From positions 3,651 through 67,650 of the IMG/VR virus record IMGVR_UViG_3300023184_005191: 64,000 nucleotides of DNA; one strand, 5' to 3'. The notes below the pieces were generated by a model that saw only the letters and a list, made by a program, of their open reading frames with translations, was not told the DNA's origin and searched no databases. Positions 37,741 to 49,629 of this stretch are shown in pieces; the first letter of the stretch is position 1; every line of letters begins with the position of its first letter. The DNA comes from a virus. A program made the position numbers and the translations under genes.

Positions 37741-38651
37741 GTGGTTAAAATTTTAGCAATACATGCCATAAAACATATTTCTTTATCAACGACTGATGCA
37801 CTTTGAAAGATATGCTCATTTATATGGATGACTACTAAACCCGCTGTTGAAGAGGTATATTTGTCTACCTCCTCATATAGTTTTTTGTATAAACTTTCAA
37901 AATCAGTTATATTGTTATCAGCAACAATTTGTCTGATAATATTGAATGATTTAGATGATTTATTAGCTAGCTCAGCAATTATATTATTTTCTGCATCCAA
38001 GCTATTGGTTAGTGTTTTTGGTAACACAAACTCATCCTTTACAATATATTTTTGTACATTGTTTATAGTTCGTCTAATATCTGGATAAAATGTGTTGATC
38101 ACTTGGGCAACATCTTTAATATCAAATTTAATATTTTCTTCTTTTAGGATTCTATCTAAATGGAGTGCAACAGATTTTTTACTAGGTGGTTTCAGATTAT
38201 AGTCCTCTAAGCGTGAGCGAAGTGGCTCAATCAAACGTTCAGGATAGTTTCCTGTTAAAATAAAACGTGTGTTTAGAGAATATGTCTCTATCATATTCAA
38301 CAACAATACTTGAGATGCTTGTAAAATATGTGTTGCCTCATCCAATATTACAATTTTTGGAGCGCTTTTGAAAGACATAACTGAAACAAACGGTAATATT
38401 TCTTCTCGAATAGAATCCATTGAGCGTTTGTCTGTAGCGTTTACATAAATATAGTCGCAATCTATATTTTTAGCTAATATTTTAGCTAATGTTGATTTAC
38501 CAGAACCCGCTTTACCATAGAAAAATAGATGGGGAATGTTTTGTTCCTCTATCCATGTTTGAATTTTTTGTTTAAATGATTCCTCACATATGTATCCTTC
38601 AAGAGTGGATGGCCTGTGACGTTCGTTTAAGATATAATGCTCTTTTTTCAT
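37737..38651 (-). CDS. clamp loader large subunit (RFC/gp44-like AAA+)
   Basis: ERHRP, PHLFFYGKAGSGKST, ILDEA, LRSR; start moved to ATG 38651. Confidence 0.9.
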   Translation of the reverse strand: MKKEHYILNERHRPSTLEGYICEESFKQKIQTWIEEQNIPHLFFYGKAGSGKSTLAKILAKNIDCDYIYVNATDKRSMDSIREEILPFVSVMSFKSAPKIVILDEATHILQASQVLLLNMIETYSLNTRFILTGNYPERLIEPLRSRLEDYNLKPPSKKSVALHLDRILKEENIKFDIKDVAQVINTFYPDIRRTINNVQKYIVKDEFVLPKTLTNSLDAENNIIAELANKSSKSFNIIRQIVADNNITDFESLYKKLYEEVDKYTSSTAGLVVIHINEHIFQSASVVDKEICFMACIAKILTT

Positions 38652-38657
38652 AACCTT

Positions 38658-38694
38658 AATATACAAAAAAAGCTTGTCTAAGACAAGCCTTTTA
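38658..38694 (-). terminator. terminator hairpin overlapping a class I promoter
   Basis: GCTTGTC-TTA-GACAAGC-TTTTTTT-GTATATT; related copies near 37116, 43066, 50919, 59080. Confidence 0.7.
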
Positions 38695-38705
38695 AATTTA
38701 TTTTT

Positions 38706-39662
38706 TTATTTTATAATTCCTGCTCTAACTTGAAACATTCGTTTCATTAAGCCTTCAGATAAATCAGATAATGTTTGACTAGCTTCACCTTGTACTTTAG
38801 TTCGTTCTTGATTGCTAGTAAATCCTTTAATTCGAACAATAACCATTCTAGAATCTTCTGAGGATAAAATAGATACTGTAAGGTTAGGGTATTTTGATTC
38901 TATTTCATCTTTTATATCATCAGCAACATAGTCCTCAACATCTCTGAATTCAATTGGTTTAATTGATTGGTCAGTTTTAGCTGGAGTTTTAGATTGGAAA
39001 TCTTTGATAGGTTTAGATTTAATGATGTATTGTTTTTTCCCTGTTATTCCAGCATTTTTCATTACTGTAGTAATAATTTTTTCAATTTGGTTATTTTCAG
39101 GGTTAAAATCAGGTGGAAATATTAATTCACCATTTTCTTCCTCCCAATTTAATGGCTTTTCAGATGTAGAAAATCCTGATTTAACTTTAGAGATAAGAGC
39201 ATCTAATTTAGGTCCTGTAATAAAGTCCCAAAATACATTATATTTTTTAGTTTCTTTAGGGAGTTGATCAAATTCTAATTTTTCCCATCCAGTAATATCA
39301 AATTCAGGGAAACGACTTTTAATATCTTTTGCTTTATCTTTTCTCCATTCAGTATCAGCAGCATCCCATAATTCTTTTGCTTTTTTTACTTTTGCATTTG
39401 GAGTTCTATCTTTAAGACTATTTCCTGTAGGACCAAATATTTTGGCTTTTTCTGAATCTATTTTAGATTGGAGAGCTGCACTCCCTACATTTTGAACATT
39501 TCGAGAATATGCTTCATAGTTTGAATCATCATTTAATGCTTTTTCTAAATCTTGCAAAGAAGCATTGACCGGAATAAGAACCATATTATGAGGAATTCTT
39601 GTACCACGTCCATTATTATCTCCTGCATCTTCAATTTCGCGTAATATATTTGTTAATCTCAT
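38706..39662 (-). CDS. late hypothetical protein (LxxILRE N-terminus, RAGIIK C-terminus)
   Basis: MRLTNILREIE...KRMFQVRAGIIK; class II motif at 39676. Confidence 0.65.
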   Translation of the reverse strand: MRLTNILREIEDAGDNNGRGTRIPHNMVLIPVNASLQDLEKALNDDSNYEAYSRNVQNVGSAALQSKIDSEKAKIFGPTGNSLKDRTPNAKVKKAKELWDAADTEWRKDKAKDIKSRFPEFDITGWEKLEFDQLPKETKKYNVFWDFITGPKLDALISKVKSGFSTSEKPLNWEEENGELIFPPDFNPENNQIEKIITTVMKNAGITGKKQYIIKSKPIKDFQSKTPAKTDQSIKPIEFRDVEDYVADDIKDEIESKYPNLTVSILSSEDSRMVIVRIKGFTSNQERTKVQGEASQTLSDLSEGLMKRMFQVRAGIIK

Positions 39663-39684
39663 TTAAAATACTTTATTATACATA

Positions 39685-39924
39685 TTAATAATCCCCGTAA
39701 ATATTAAAACGCTTAGCGGGCTCAGGTACGCCTTGGTTGATGGCAAATAGTTTACTGTTTTGAGGTTCTAACCTATATGCCATAGGTTTTATTTCAGAGT
39801 TTTGAAAGTATGCTTCAAGAGCTTCAGTTAGGGAAGAACATTCTGTTTCCTCCCCAACTAATACCCATGTATCACCTTTACCAGCAACCCTGGTAGCTAT
39901 TAGCTCAAGTGATTCTATTTTCAT
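39685..39924 (-). CDS. hypothetical protein
   Basis: intact ORF after groEL. Confidence 0.6.
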   Translation of the reverse strand: MKIESLELIATRVAGKGDTWVLVGEETECSSLTEALEAYFQNSEIKPMAYRLEPQNSKLFAINQGVPEPAKRFNIYGDY

Positions 39925-39925
39925 A

Positions 39926-41584
<1,659 letters not shown>

Positions 41585-41887
41585 TTATTTTATAACCTTT
41601 GTTAATATTTGTTTTTCACATCCTACCCAATATTCTTCTCCTTCATGTTCAAATTTAGTGAACCCTTGAGTTGGTAAAATTACTCTATCTCCAATTTTAA
41701 CTGCAGTTGGGATAAATTCTCCAGTAACAGTGTGAACACCGGGTCCAACAGCAATTACTGTTCCATGTACATTTTTATCTTTTCCCATATCTGGGACGAT
41801 AATAGAACCATATTGGGTTTCTTGTTCCTCAATAGGTTTAATAATTACCGCATCAAAGTACGGTTCAAATTGTGTTTGTTCTTCCAT
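41585..41887 (-). CDS. groES: co-chaperonin GroES
   Basis: GSIIVPD, GTVIAVGPG, VKIGDRV; adjacent to groEL. Confidence 0.92.
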   Translation of the reverse strand: MEEQTQFEPYFDAVIIKPIEEQETQYGSIIVPDMGKDKNVHGTVIAVGPGVHTVTGEFIPTAVKIGDRVILPTQGFTKFEHEGEEYWVGCEKQILTKVIK

Positions 41888-41888
41888 T

Positions 41889-42251
41889 TTATATTTCGAT
41901 TGATTTTAATAGATTATTTAATCCGTTTTTTACCTCATTCCAGGTAGCAATATATTCTTTAACAGAAGTATAATTGCCTTTATTTTGATAAAACTTTTCT
42001 TTTGCAACTCGATTTAATGCATTTGCAAAATTTGTGTAGTGACCTACAATTTTTTCTTGTTCTTTACCAGTTGCTGCTTTTCCACCAAATCCTCTAGTGG
42101 TGATAGATGTTTTCATTACTGTAAAATTACTTGAATCTTTTACAATAAAGAATGGATCCATGTTTGGATCTTTAATAGTACATTGAGTGTTAACTCCAGA
42201 TGGTTCATTGTCATTTGTGGATGATCTTCCACGTTTTTTTACTTCTTCCAT
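41889..42251 (-). CDS. hypothetical protein
   Basis: first gene of the groES/groEL unit; both promoter classes upstream (42276, 42313). Confidence 0.65.
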   Translation of the reverse strand: MEEVKKRGRSSTNDNEPSGVNTQCTIKDPNMDPFFIVKDSSNFTVMKTSITTRGFGGKAATGKEQEKIVGHYTNFANALNRVAKEKFYQNKGNYTSVKEYIATWNEVKNGLNNLLKSIEI

Positions 42252-42324
42252 AACTAAATTTAAATTTATAACCGTAATATACGAAAACTATTTTGAAAAA
42301 CCTAATTCTTTATTATACATATTA

Positions 42325-43059
42325 CTAGAAACTATCTTCTGCTTTTCTCACAATAAAATATTCACTTTTTGTTTCCTCGCTCTCAAATACTAGTTTCATT
42401 AAACCCTCATCACATAAGTACATAGTACCGCTTTTTAAATCTTTATTAGCGTTTAGAATGTTTTTAAAGTGATTTGAGTTGAATGGAATTTTAATAGCAT
42501 TTGTTTTAATATCTCCATATAACTGGTATGTGATTTTGTTGTTGTGGCCTTTTTCATCTCCAAATGTGAATTTACACATTAAATCATCGTTTGGGTCCAA
42601 TTCAGTAGAAATAACCATGTTATCTACATCACCTAAAGCTGTTTTAGCTTTAACTAGATTATCTACATCTTCTTTTACCATAGGTAAAACAGCATCCCAT
42701 TCAGGTTCATTTACTGTTCCTGTTTTCCCAATAAGTAAAGGATCAGCTAAAGCATATGTTAGATTAAAATGTGGATCAGAAATATACAATTTTGTAAATA
42801 TTTCTTTATGTTGTTCTGTTTCAAGTAAAAGATCACCAGAGGTAATACTTAAGAGATTAGATAATCTTTTAGTATCATATACTGCTAATTCACAATCGTT
42901 TAATTTAAAAACAGGACATACTACCTTACCTATAACTTCACGGTTAATGGTTGTAAAGTTTATAGTTAGTGTATTGTCTTTAATGATCCATTTAACGGAT
43001 TCATTTTCACCTAAATAGTACTTGTCTATTATAGATTTAATTAATAACTTATTTACCAT
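42325..43059 (-). CDS. putative sliding clamp (gp45/PCNA-like)
   Basis: ~245 aa, typical clamp size, between the polymerase and clamp loader; start moved to ATG 43059. Confidence 0.65.
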   Translation of the reverse strand: MVNKLLIKSIIDKYYLGENESVKWIIKDNTLTINFTTINREVIGKVVCPVFKLNDCELAVYDTKRLSNLLSITSGDLLLETEQHKEIFTKLYISDPHFNLTYALADPLLIGKTGTVNEPEWDAVLPMVKEDVDNLVKAKTALGDVDNMVISTELDPNDDLMCKFTFGDEKGHNNKITYQLYGDIKTNAIKIPFNSNHFKNILNANKDLKSGTMYLCDEGLMKLVFESEETKSEYFIVRKAEDSF

Positions 43060-43120
43060 AACTTTAATATACAAAAAAGCCTACCAAGAGGCAAGCTTTT
43101 TATAAAAATTTTATTTGGGA

Positions 43121-43561
43121 TTATTTAGATCCAAACAATATGATTTCTGGTTGTTCTTCATCATTTGCCATTTCAGTATCAATTTCTATATTATCTATTA
43201 CTTCCGTTCCTGTTTCTAAATCTAAATTTAAAGTTACATATATTGATGGATCTATTTTAGATAATTCAGATTTTAATTTTCCTACAGTCATGTGATTTCC
43301 ACTAGTTTCCCCTACTAAAATGATTTCTGGTTCATCAAAACTAAGGCCTTCTGTATCTATATAATTTAATGCTCTTACTTCGGTCCCTTCTGTGGGACTA
43401 TCATAATTTAAAGATATATCAGCATTAGGGTTAACAGAGTTAAGCATTTGAAGAAGAGTACCTACAGTAGTTCCACCTTCTGCTTCATTCATTTTAGCTT
43501 TGTATTCACTTTCTGTGATAATACCAGCTAGTTTTTGCATGTGTAAAAATTCTTTGTTCAT
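43121..43561 (-). CDS. acidic late protein with HMQKLAGIITE leader and an internal duplication
   Basis: leader followed by two TVGxL...EPEIIL repeats; class II motif at 43575. Confidence 0.7.
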   Translation of the reverse strand: MNKEFLHMQKLAGIITESEYKAKMNEAEGGTTVGTLLQMLNSVNPNADISLNYDSPTEGTEVRALNYIDTEGLSFDEPEIILVGETSGNHMTVGKLKSELSKIDPSIYVTLNLDLETGTEVIDNIEIDTEMANDEEQPEIILFGSK

Positions 43562-43569
43562 TTTTTTAA
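43501..43569. repeat. dispersed direct repeat encoding the leader peptide (copy 1)
   Basis: matches 51281-51349 with 3 mismatches. Confidence 0.85.
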
Positions 43570-43621
43570 TTTTGTTATAAATATATGAAAAATTATTTAG
43601 GAATCCAAGTTTTATGAAAAT

Positions 43622-44269
43622 TTATATTTTATTTTCATATTTCCAAATATAATTAAATGCTTTTTTTTGTTTCTCTTGACAACATCTGTTTATACTATTA
43701 TGACTTAAATTTAATATTAAAGAAATGTCTGTTAAAGAATCCCATGTTTTAATAAACTCACCATTTAAATTATATTGAGATATTTTCTTTTTTTTGTTAT
43801 TTGAAGGTTTACCCAATTTTAATTCTCTCATTTTTTCTTTTGTGGTTAATGAATGAGTATGATTTAAAAAATTACTAGGTTTATTTAATTTGGATTCTCT
43901 CATTTTTTGTTTAGTTTGTTCACTTCTTTTTTGCCCTTTAATTTTATTTTTTATATGATCTGAAAGGGGTCCATAGGATCCTATATCATGTAAGTTGCAA
44001 AATAAGACTTGATTCCACTCTCCATTATTAGATTCTAATGCTACTTTTTTCCAATATGTTTCTCTTTCATGTAAATTATTAATTGTACATTCTTCAATAA
44101 TTTCAAATATATGGTTTTCCCATCCATATTTTTTTAAAGAATTATATATTTTAGGACCAATTATTCTTTTATCTACATATTTATATGATGATTTTCTTTT
44201 ATAGATATCAATAGATTGTCCAATATATGTTTTACCTTTTGGATTGGTGATTCTGTATATTCCTACCAT
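43622..44269 (-). CDS. GIY-YIG homing endonuclease with NUMOD3/NUMOD1-type motifs
   Basis: GIYRITNPKGKTYIGQS; SEQTKQKMRES repeats; QYNLNGEFIKTW. Confidence 0.9.
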   Translation of the reverse strand: MVGIYRITNPKGKTYIGQSIDIYKRKSSYKYVDKRIIGPKIYNSLKKYGWENHIFEIIEECTINNLHERETYWKKVALESNNGEWNQVLFCNLHDIGSYGPLSDHIKNKIKGQKRSEQTKQKMRESKLNKPSNFLNHTHSLTTKEKMRELKLGKPSNNKKKKISQYNLNGEFIKTWDSLTDISLILNLSHNSINRCCQEKQKKAFNYIWKYENKI

Positions 44270-44329
44270 ATGTTGTTTTATTATACATATGGTAAAATTG
44301 GGTTTTTAATTTAAAATTATAAAAATATT

Positions 44330-47059
44330 TTATTGAAATTGAAAAAATTTTGAGCGATAAGGATTGAGATTGAGTTCCCAACCAATATCAGAATATAGTG
44401 TTTCTAATTTGTTTCTCATGATACTATCAAATAAACCTTCTCTATCAATGTATTTGTTTACAATTTCTAAGATTTCAGGGGCATCATTGTATCCATTTAA
44501 ACCAATTACAGTTAATTGGTATGGGTTTGGTTTAAGGGCCGCTATATACATTTTATCTCCCAATGTAAACTCTGGGTATTTTTTCTGTAGATTTTTAAAA
44601 CGTAGGAAATCATTAGAGGCAATTGCTGCTTTTGTATTAACAGGGCATTTTAGTTTGAGTTTAGAGAATATCTCACCAGGTTTTGGTCTACTGTCAATAT
44701 ATTCGTCTATTTTCTTTAGTCCTGTTGGTTTGAGTAGATTTTTCCAATCAATTGTAACAATAGAGTCTTTAAATTCCATTACATCTTTATCCAATTCTTC
44801 TTTTGGTTTACCAAATAGAATATTTTCAATTAATGTTTTACCAAAGTTTCTAAAATATGGAGGGAAATTTGATTTCATAATATCCAATCCTTTCATCTCT
44901 AGTTCCTCAATTGGTACACCTTCTTTGTTTACAATATACATTGCATACCTACGTTTACCTGACCAATATGCTTTTTCAACGATTACTTCTTGTTTTAACT
45001 CAAATTGATGTCCTGATTTTATGTTGAATAAGTCTCGAGATATTCCTTCAAGATTTTCATTTGATTTAGTTTGCATTTCATCTGTTAGTAACAACAATCG
45101 TTTGATTTTCTCATCACGATCATTATAGTCTAAATCAGGATTTCGATGCAATAATAATTGAGTTAATTCCATGTAAAGTGAATCCGTGTCTGAGGCAATT
45201 ACAAATTCTTTTAATTCAATATCTAATTGGTCTGAAATATATTGGTTAGCAAATACAATAGATTCTTTAGTTAATCTTTGTCCAGAGTTTGTAATAGCGG
45301 CTGAGCATATTTTAAATCCATCTGTAAAACGCCATGAATTAATTGCATATGTACCATATAAAGCGTTTTGTAAAATTTTAAATGCTAATTGATACAGATC
45401 ATATAACTTGTAGTTTTCCCAATCTTGTGCTTTACCTGCTTTTTTCTTTAATCCTTTATAGTGGTTTCTTTGATTAAACCAATCCTCTAGTACCTCACAT
45501 GAAATACTTTTAATATCTGTTCTAAAGAAAGCACCACTAGCTGATATAGTCCAATCATTATCTTCAATCAAATTAATAAGACCTCCAATAGAAATTGTAG
45601 CATCTTTTAGTTTGAAGTTTTTTCTATTAAGTCGTTGTATCTGAATAATTTCTTTAGGGTCACGTTGTTTTAGTTGCTCAAGTGAGTTGTATTGTTCATA
45701 GTTATTTTTAGTGACAATTCTGCCCATTAAAGTCTCTATACCTAAATTTAATGATTTGATAATAGAGGGGTATAGTGAGGTAAAATCTAAATCAGATACA
45801 TCTGAATATAATCCTGGTCTAGGATCTAGTAGGTATCCTCCAGCATATGAATCTTTCTTTCGAATTGAGCGAAGACTTCTACTAACATAATGCCCAGACA
45901 TAGTTCGGATAACGGCTTGATCACCTTTTACCTCATATAAAACACCTTCAACAGTTGGAGTACCTCGTTGATGAATTACATGATCGTCTATCTCTATTTC
46001 TTTAATTGAAGGATTTGTAGTAGTTGGTTTGTTAGGGGCTACAATTCCTTTACGTTTTAAATAAGTTAAAATAGCACCCTCATTCAATGTTGTATTATAA
46101 TAAATAGACTCATATGGAGTGTGACATAAGTGAGAAATTAACACAGTTAATTCGATAAACTTTTGTTTTTCCTCTAATGCTTCTATAATCTCAACATCTC
46201 GAATATTATAGTCAACATATTTTTCTTTATCTTCTTTAAATAGTTTATCTAAACCTCCATTGTATTCAATCTTGCCTAACTTAGCATATTTTTCCCCAAT
46301 ATCTCCCAGCTTATATGATGATTCTTCTTTCATGATGTATTTTTTCAATAACAACATGTAATCTAAACTGTTAACTAATCCAATTTTAATTGGAGAATTT
46401 GGATTGTATATGTTTTCATCAATTTTACCTATTGGAGATAAACGATATACCTCGTCTCCTAAACGCTTTTTAATACGGTAATATAAATATGGTATATCAA
46501 AAAAGTCTGAGTTGTATCCTACAACAATAGTTGGGTCCATTTGTTCCCATTTAGATAAAAATTTACGTAAAAGTATATTTTCGTCTTTACATGGGATAAC
46601 TAATTTACCATTTATATTAGTTTCTTCCATTGCTCCTTCTTTATCAAGAATAAAGCATAGTTTTTCTTTAGTGGAAACATCAATGAGAGCAATCGCGGTA
46701 ATTTCCGCGTTTGCTTCTCTGATGGTTGTTGGGGTTAGGGCACCTAAAATTTCAATCTCAATATCCAAATAAACCGAGTTATGATATGAGGGCATATCAT
46801 CTGTTTTGTAGTATAAATCCCTCAATAAAACCAATTCACGGTCTATATCTTTTTCAAATATTGTTGGATCCTTTCTGTCATATTTTCCTTTAAATGCAGA
46901 ACATCTTTCTCCAAATAGTGTTTCAAATTCACCTTCTTCATCTAACTTATACAGTGTAGGCCAGTATTGGAAACAACTAATACCTTTTTTATCATCTCTT
47001 AAATAATAGTGGTATTGATCATCTCCTGGTTGTCGAGAATAGTAAACTGATTGAAACAT
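44330..47059 (-). CDS. polB: family B DNA polymerase
   Basis: exonuclease DIEI, GYNSDFFD, YNIRDV; polymerase DFTSLYPS, KILQNALYG, SDTDS, KRRY, KGLD. Confidence 0.96.
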   Translation of the reverse strand: MFQSVYYSRQPGDDQYHYYLRDDKKGISCFQYWPTLYKLDEEGEFETLFGERCSAFKGKYDRKDPTIFEKDIDRELVLLRDLYYKTDDMPSYHNSVYLDIEIEILGALTPTTIREANAEITAIALIDVSTKEKLCFILDKEGAMEETNINGKLVIPCKDENILLRKFLSKWEQMDPTIVVGYNSDFFDIPYLYYRIKKRLGDEVYRLSPIGKIDENIYNPNSPIKIGLVNSLDYMLLLKKYIMKEESSYKLGDIGEKYAKLGKIEYNGGLDKLFKEDKEKYVDYNIRDVEIIEALEEKQKFIELTVLISHLCHTPYESIYYNTTLNEGAILTYLKRKGIVAPNKPTTTNPSIKEIEIDDHVIHQRGTPTVEGVLYEVKGDQAVIRTMSGHYVSRSLRSIRKKDSYAGGYLLDPRPGLYSDVSDLDFTSLYPSIIKSLNLGIETLMGRIVTKNNYEQYNSLEQLKQRDPKEIIQIQRLNRKNFKLKDATISIGGLINLIEDNDWTISASGAFFRTDIKSISCEVLEDWFNQRNHYKGLKKKAGKAQDWENYKLYDLYQLAFKILQNALYGTYAINSWRFTDGFKICSAAITNSGQRLTKESIVFANQYISDQLDIELKEFVIASDTDSLYMELTQLLLHRNPDLDYNDRDEKIKRLLLLTDEMQTKSNENLEGISRDLFNIKSGHQFELKQEVIVEKAYWSGKRRYAMYIVNKEGVPIEELEMKGLDIMKSNFPPYFRNFGKTLIENILFGKPKEELDKDVMEFKDSIVTIDWKNLLKPTGLKKIDEYIDSRPKPGEIFSKLKLKCPVNTKAAIASNDFLRFKNLQKKYPEFTLGDKMYIAALKPNPYQLTVIGLNGYNDAPEILEIVNKYIDREGLFDSIMRNKLETLYSDIGWELNLNPYRSKFFQFQ

Positions 47060-47074
47060 AACTTATTTGGGGGA

Positions 47075-47389
47075 TTATTTTTTAGGTGCTGTTTTTTTAA
47101 CTGTTGGTTTTCTTGGTTTTTTAACTGCTGGAATTTCTGTTACTGGTTCATCAACTACTCCATCTCCAACAAGATATTCCTCATAGATTCCATTTTTATC
47201 TTTCATTAAAACGATTTGACCTTCTTCTGGAGAATCGATTATTTGGATTTGTTTAAGATTTTCGTCAATTCGGTTTAAAGTTATTTCTAATTCATTCAAT
47301 AAAGCCATAGTTTCATGGAATTTTAAATTAGGTTGAGACCAATAAGTTACATGTTTTAACTCACCTATAATTTCTAGTGGTGTTCTCAT
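47075..47389 (-). CDS. hypothetical protein
   Basis: intact ORF with a basic C-terminal tail. Confidence 0.55.
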   Translation of the reverse strand: MRTPLEIIGELKHVTYWSQPNLKFHETMALLNELEITLNRIDENLKQIQIIDSPEEGQIVLMKDKNGIYEEYLVGDGVVDEPVTEIPAVKKPRKPTVKKTAPKK

Positions 47390-47390
47390 A

Positions 47391-48011
47391 TTATTTATTA
47401 AAAAATTGTGTTAAATCTGGTCTAAAATAATTGATGTTTTTCATCACTTTTCTATCACGTGTTCTATAGACGATATAATATTCACCAATCTTTTCATAGT
47501 GACATTCCTCACCTTGTTCTTGGGAACGAACTCGTACTGTCTCTTGTGCATCTTCTTCACTTGAGCAAGCCTTGCTAAGATTTGAGGCTTGTACTTCTTG
47601 ATATGCTGGCCATATTTTATCTTTAAGACCATGTAACATAGCTCCATTTCCCAAGGAAACATAGGTAATATCACATAAAGCATCAAGAATTTCAACAATA
47701 TTCTCTGTTTCACATGCTTCTTTATATTCTTCAAGTTCCTCCAAGATAAAATTATAGACAAACATCCACTCCTTCTCATCGGGAATGACCGGATTATAAT
47801 TATTTGGTTTCCCCATAATTGCATTGAATTCTTCTACCTCAGATACAAAAGGAACATATGTAGCTTTCATTTGTGCAATTTCTGATTCAATTTCTCTGAG
47901 TTTAACTATTACATCATCTCCAAGTTCAATTTTAGACATCATAGATAAATCTGCAACTTGTGAGTAAAGTACTCTGATTAGTTCTTCTTGTTTTTTTTCT
48001 AATGGATTCAT
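47391..48011 (-). CDS. MazG-like/PRA-PH-like NTP pyrophosphohydrolase
   Basis: EELEEY...EILDALCDITYV, VQASNLSK, RDRKVMK. Confidence 0.8.
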   Translation of the reverse strand: MNPLEKKQEELIRVLYSQVADLSMMSKIELGDDVIVKLREIESEIAQMKATYVPFVSEVEEFNAIMGKPNNYNPVIPDEKEWMFVYNFILEELEEYKEACETENIVEILDALCDITYVSLGNGAMLHGLKDKIWPAYQEVQASNLSKACSSEEDAQETVRVRSQEQGEECHYEKIGEYYIVYRTRDRKVMKNINYFRPDLTQFFNK

Positions 48012-48044
48012 TTGTTTTTTATTAAGGGGTAATATTTTTTAGAT

Positions 48045-48656
48045 TTAATCAATTCCATGATATAATGATTTATTAAAATCAATATCTCCTTGTAACCTAC
48101 GCAATGCTTCAATCAATTTTATTTTAGATTCTCTACATAAATTATACCCATATCTTTGATATTTAAATGCTCTATCAAATGTATTTGCTGGGAGTGGGAT
48201 TTGGTCAAAATCAATATCAATAACTAGTTTTTTCTGGTGTAGATCTTCAAAGAATCTATCTACATAAAGGAATTTATAGTTAATACCTCCATCTTCATTT
48301 GCTTGTTTAAAATAAGCAGCTCTTACAATACTAAAATCAAATTTTTCAATAACTTCTTGTGGTGTTAAGAAAAACCGTCTAACTAATTCTATACTAGTTT
48401 TAGTTGGAAGATGTATAAAAGCATAACAATTGTCATTTTCATATGCTTTTTTATAATTTTTGTTTTCTTTAAAGTATTTAAGTGTTTCCTTATAATCTTC
48501 TTCTTTTTCAAAGAACATGTCTATATCTCTAACAGGTTCACCATTAAATATATTTTTAAAAACTCCACCTGCTATAAAACCTTTATGACCACTCATAAAT
48601 GGGTCTAATTTTTTTAAATTGAAGAATACTTCTCTGTTTGATGTTTTAAATTCCAT
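48045..48656 (-). CDS. nucleotidyltransferase-like protein (CCA-adding/poly(A) polymerase head-like)
   Basis: FIAGG...RDIDMFF, FDF, R..KY..YGY. Confidence 0.6.
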   Translation of the reverse strand: MEFKTSNREVFFNLKKLDPFMSGHKGFIAGGVFKNIFNGEPVRDIDMFFEKEEDYKETLKYFKENKNYKKAYENDNCYAFIHLPTKTSIELVRRFFLTPQEVIEKFDFSIVRAAYFKQANEDGGINYKFLYVDRFFEDLHQKKLVIDIDFDQIPLPANTFDRAFKYQRYGYNLCRESKIKLIEALRRLQGDIDFNKSLYHGID

Positions 48657-48676
48657 AACTTTTTATTTTATATTAT

Positions 48677-49372
48677 TTAAATTTGGTGACCTCCGTTATT
48701 TATTTTTAATGAATCAAAAAATTCTTTACGTGCTTCATTTCCATTTTCCATGAATACACCAGATGCTTTAGTTGTTACCATTGAAGCACCTTGATGTTTA
48801 ACACCTCTACATGAAACACAATTATGTGTTGCAACAGTTGTAACAATTACACCTCTGTTATTTTCACATACTTTATCTACAGCTTGATGAATAGCGGCTG
48901 TTAATTGTTCTTGGATAGCTCCTCTACGACCAAAATGCTCAACTATTCTATTTAGTTTAGATAAACCGATTACTCTACCACCTTCTCCAACTATATACCC
49001 AATATGTACAACTCCTCCAATTGTTTGATGATGGTGTGAACACATTGAAGTTAACGGGATATTTCGTTCAATAACAATACCATCATATCCATCTGATGGA
49101 AATGAAGTAATGTCTGACATTGCAGTGTATCTACCAGCGAATAAATCAAATACATATGCTTTTGCAACTCTTCGAGGTGTATTATCAGAATTTGGGTCGT
49201 TTTCCCAATCAACACCTAGTGCTGTAAGAAATTCACCATACGCTTTTTCTGCTTTATCTACCATTTCCCATTTTTGCTCTTCTGTAAGCGGGAATCCAGG
49301 TGCAACTCCATTCGCGAAACCTGTTTGAACACACTCTAAATCAGTGTGGTTTTTTCGTCTATTGTTTGACAT
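48677..49372 (-). CDS. folE: GTP cyclohydrolase I
   Basis: TPRRVAK, SMCSHH, GLSKLNR, QEQLT, HNCVSCRGV. Confidence 0.95.
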   Translation of the reverse strand: MSNNRRKNHTDLECVQTGFANGVAPGFPLTEEQKWEMVDKAEKAYGEFLTALGVDWENDPNSDNTPRRVAKAYVFDLFAGRYTAMSDITSFPSDGYDGIVIERNIPLTSMCSHHHQTIGGVVHIGYIVGEGGRVIGLSKLNRIVEHFGRRGAIQEQLTAAIHQAVDKVCENNRGVIVTTVATHNCVSCRGVKHQGASMVTTKASGVFMENGNEARKEFFDSLKINNGGHQI

Positions 49373-49430
49373 ATATTTAATTTAATTTTAATGGAAAATA
49401 CGAATAATCTTTTGATTATCCAAATTAAAA

Positions 49431-49627
49431 TGAGGGGGAGTAATCCTAAATCGATAATCTAGTCTCGGGTCAAAGAGATTTGATTAGTGTCTTGAAATGC
49501 AGAATTTTGAAATCTTGAGTATTTGAATTTTGTTTGTGTTTCATATCATTGTCGTTTATCATTGATCGGCTTTGGATCTGAATATAATAAGACTTGTGAA
49601 AATTAACTTATTCTTACTCCCTTCTCA
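49431..49627 (-). ncRNA. candidate structured RNA with 8-nt-periodic UCAA repeats
   Basis: closing stem TGAG-AA-GGGAGTAA/TTACTCCC-C-CTCA; internal hairpins; TCAA at 49523, 49515, 49507, 49492, 49480. Confidence 0.55.
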
Positions 49628-49629
49628 AA

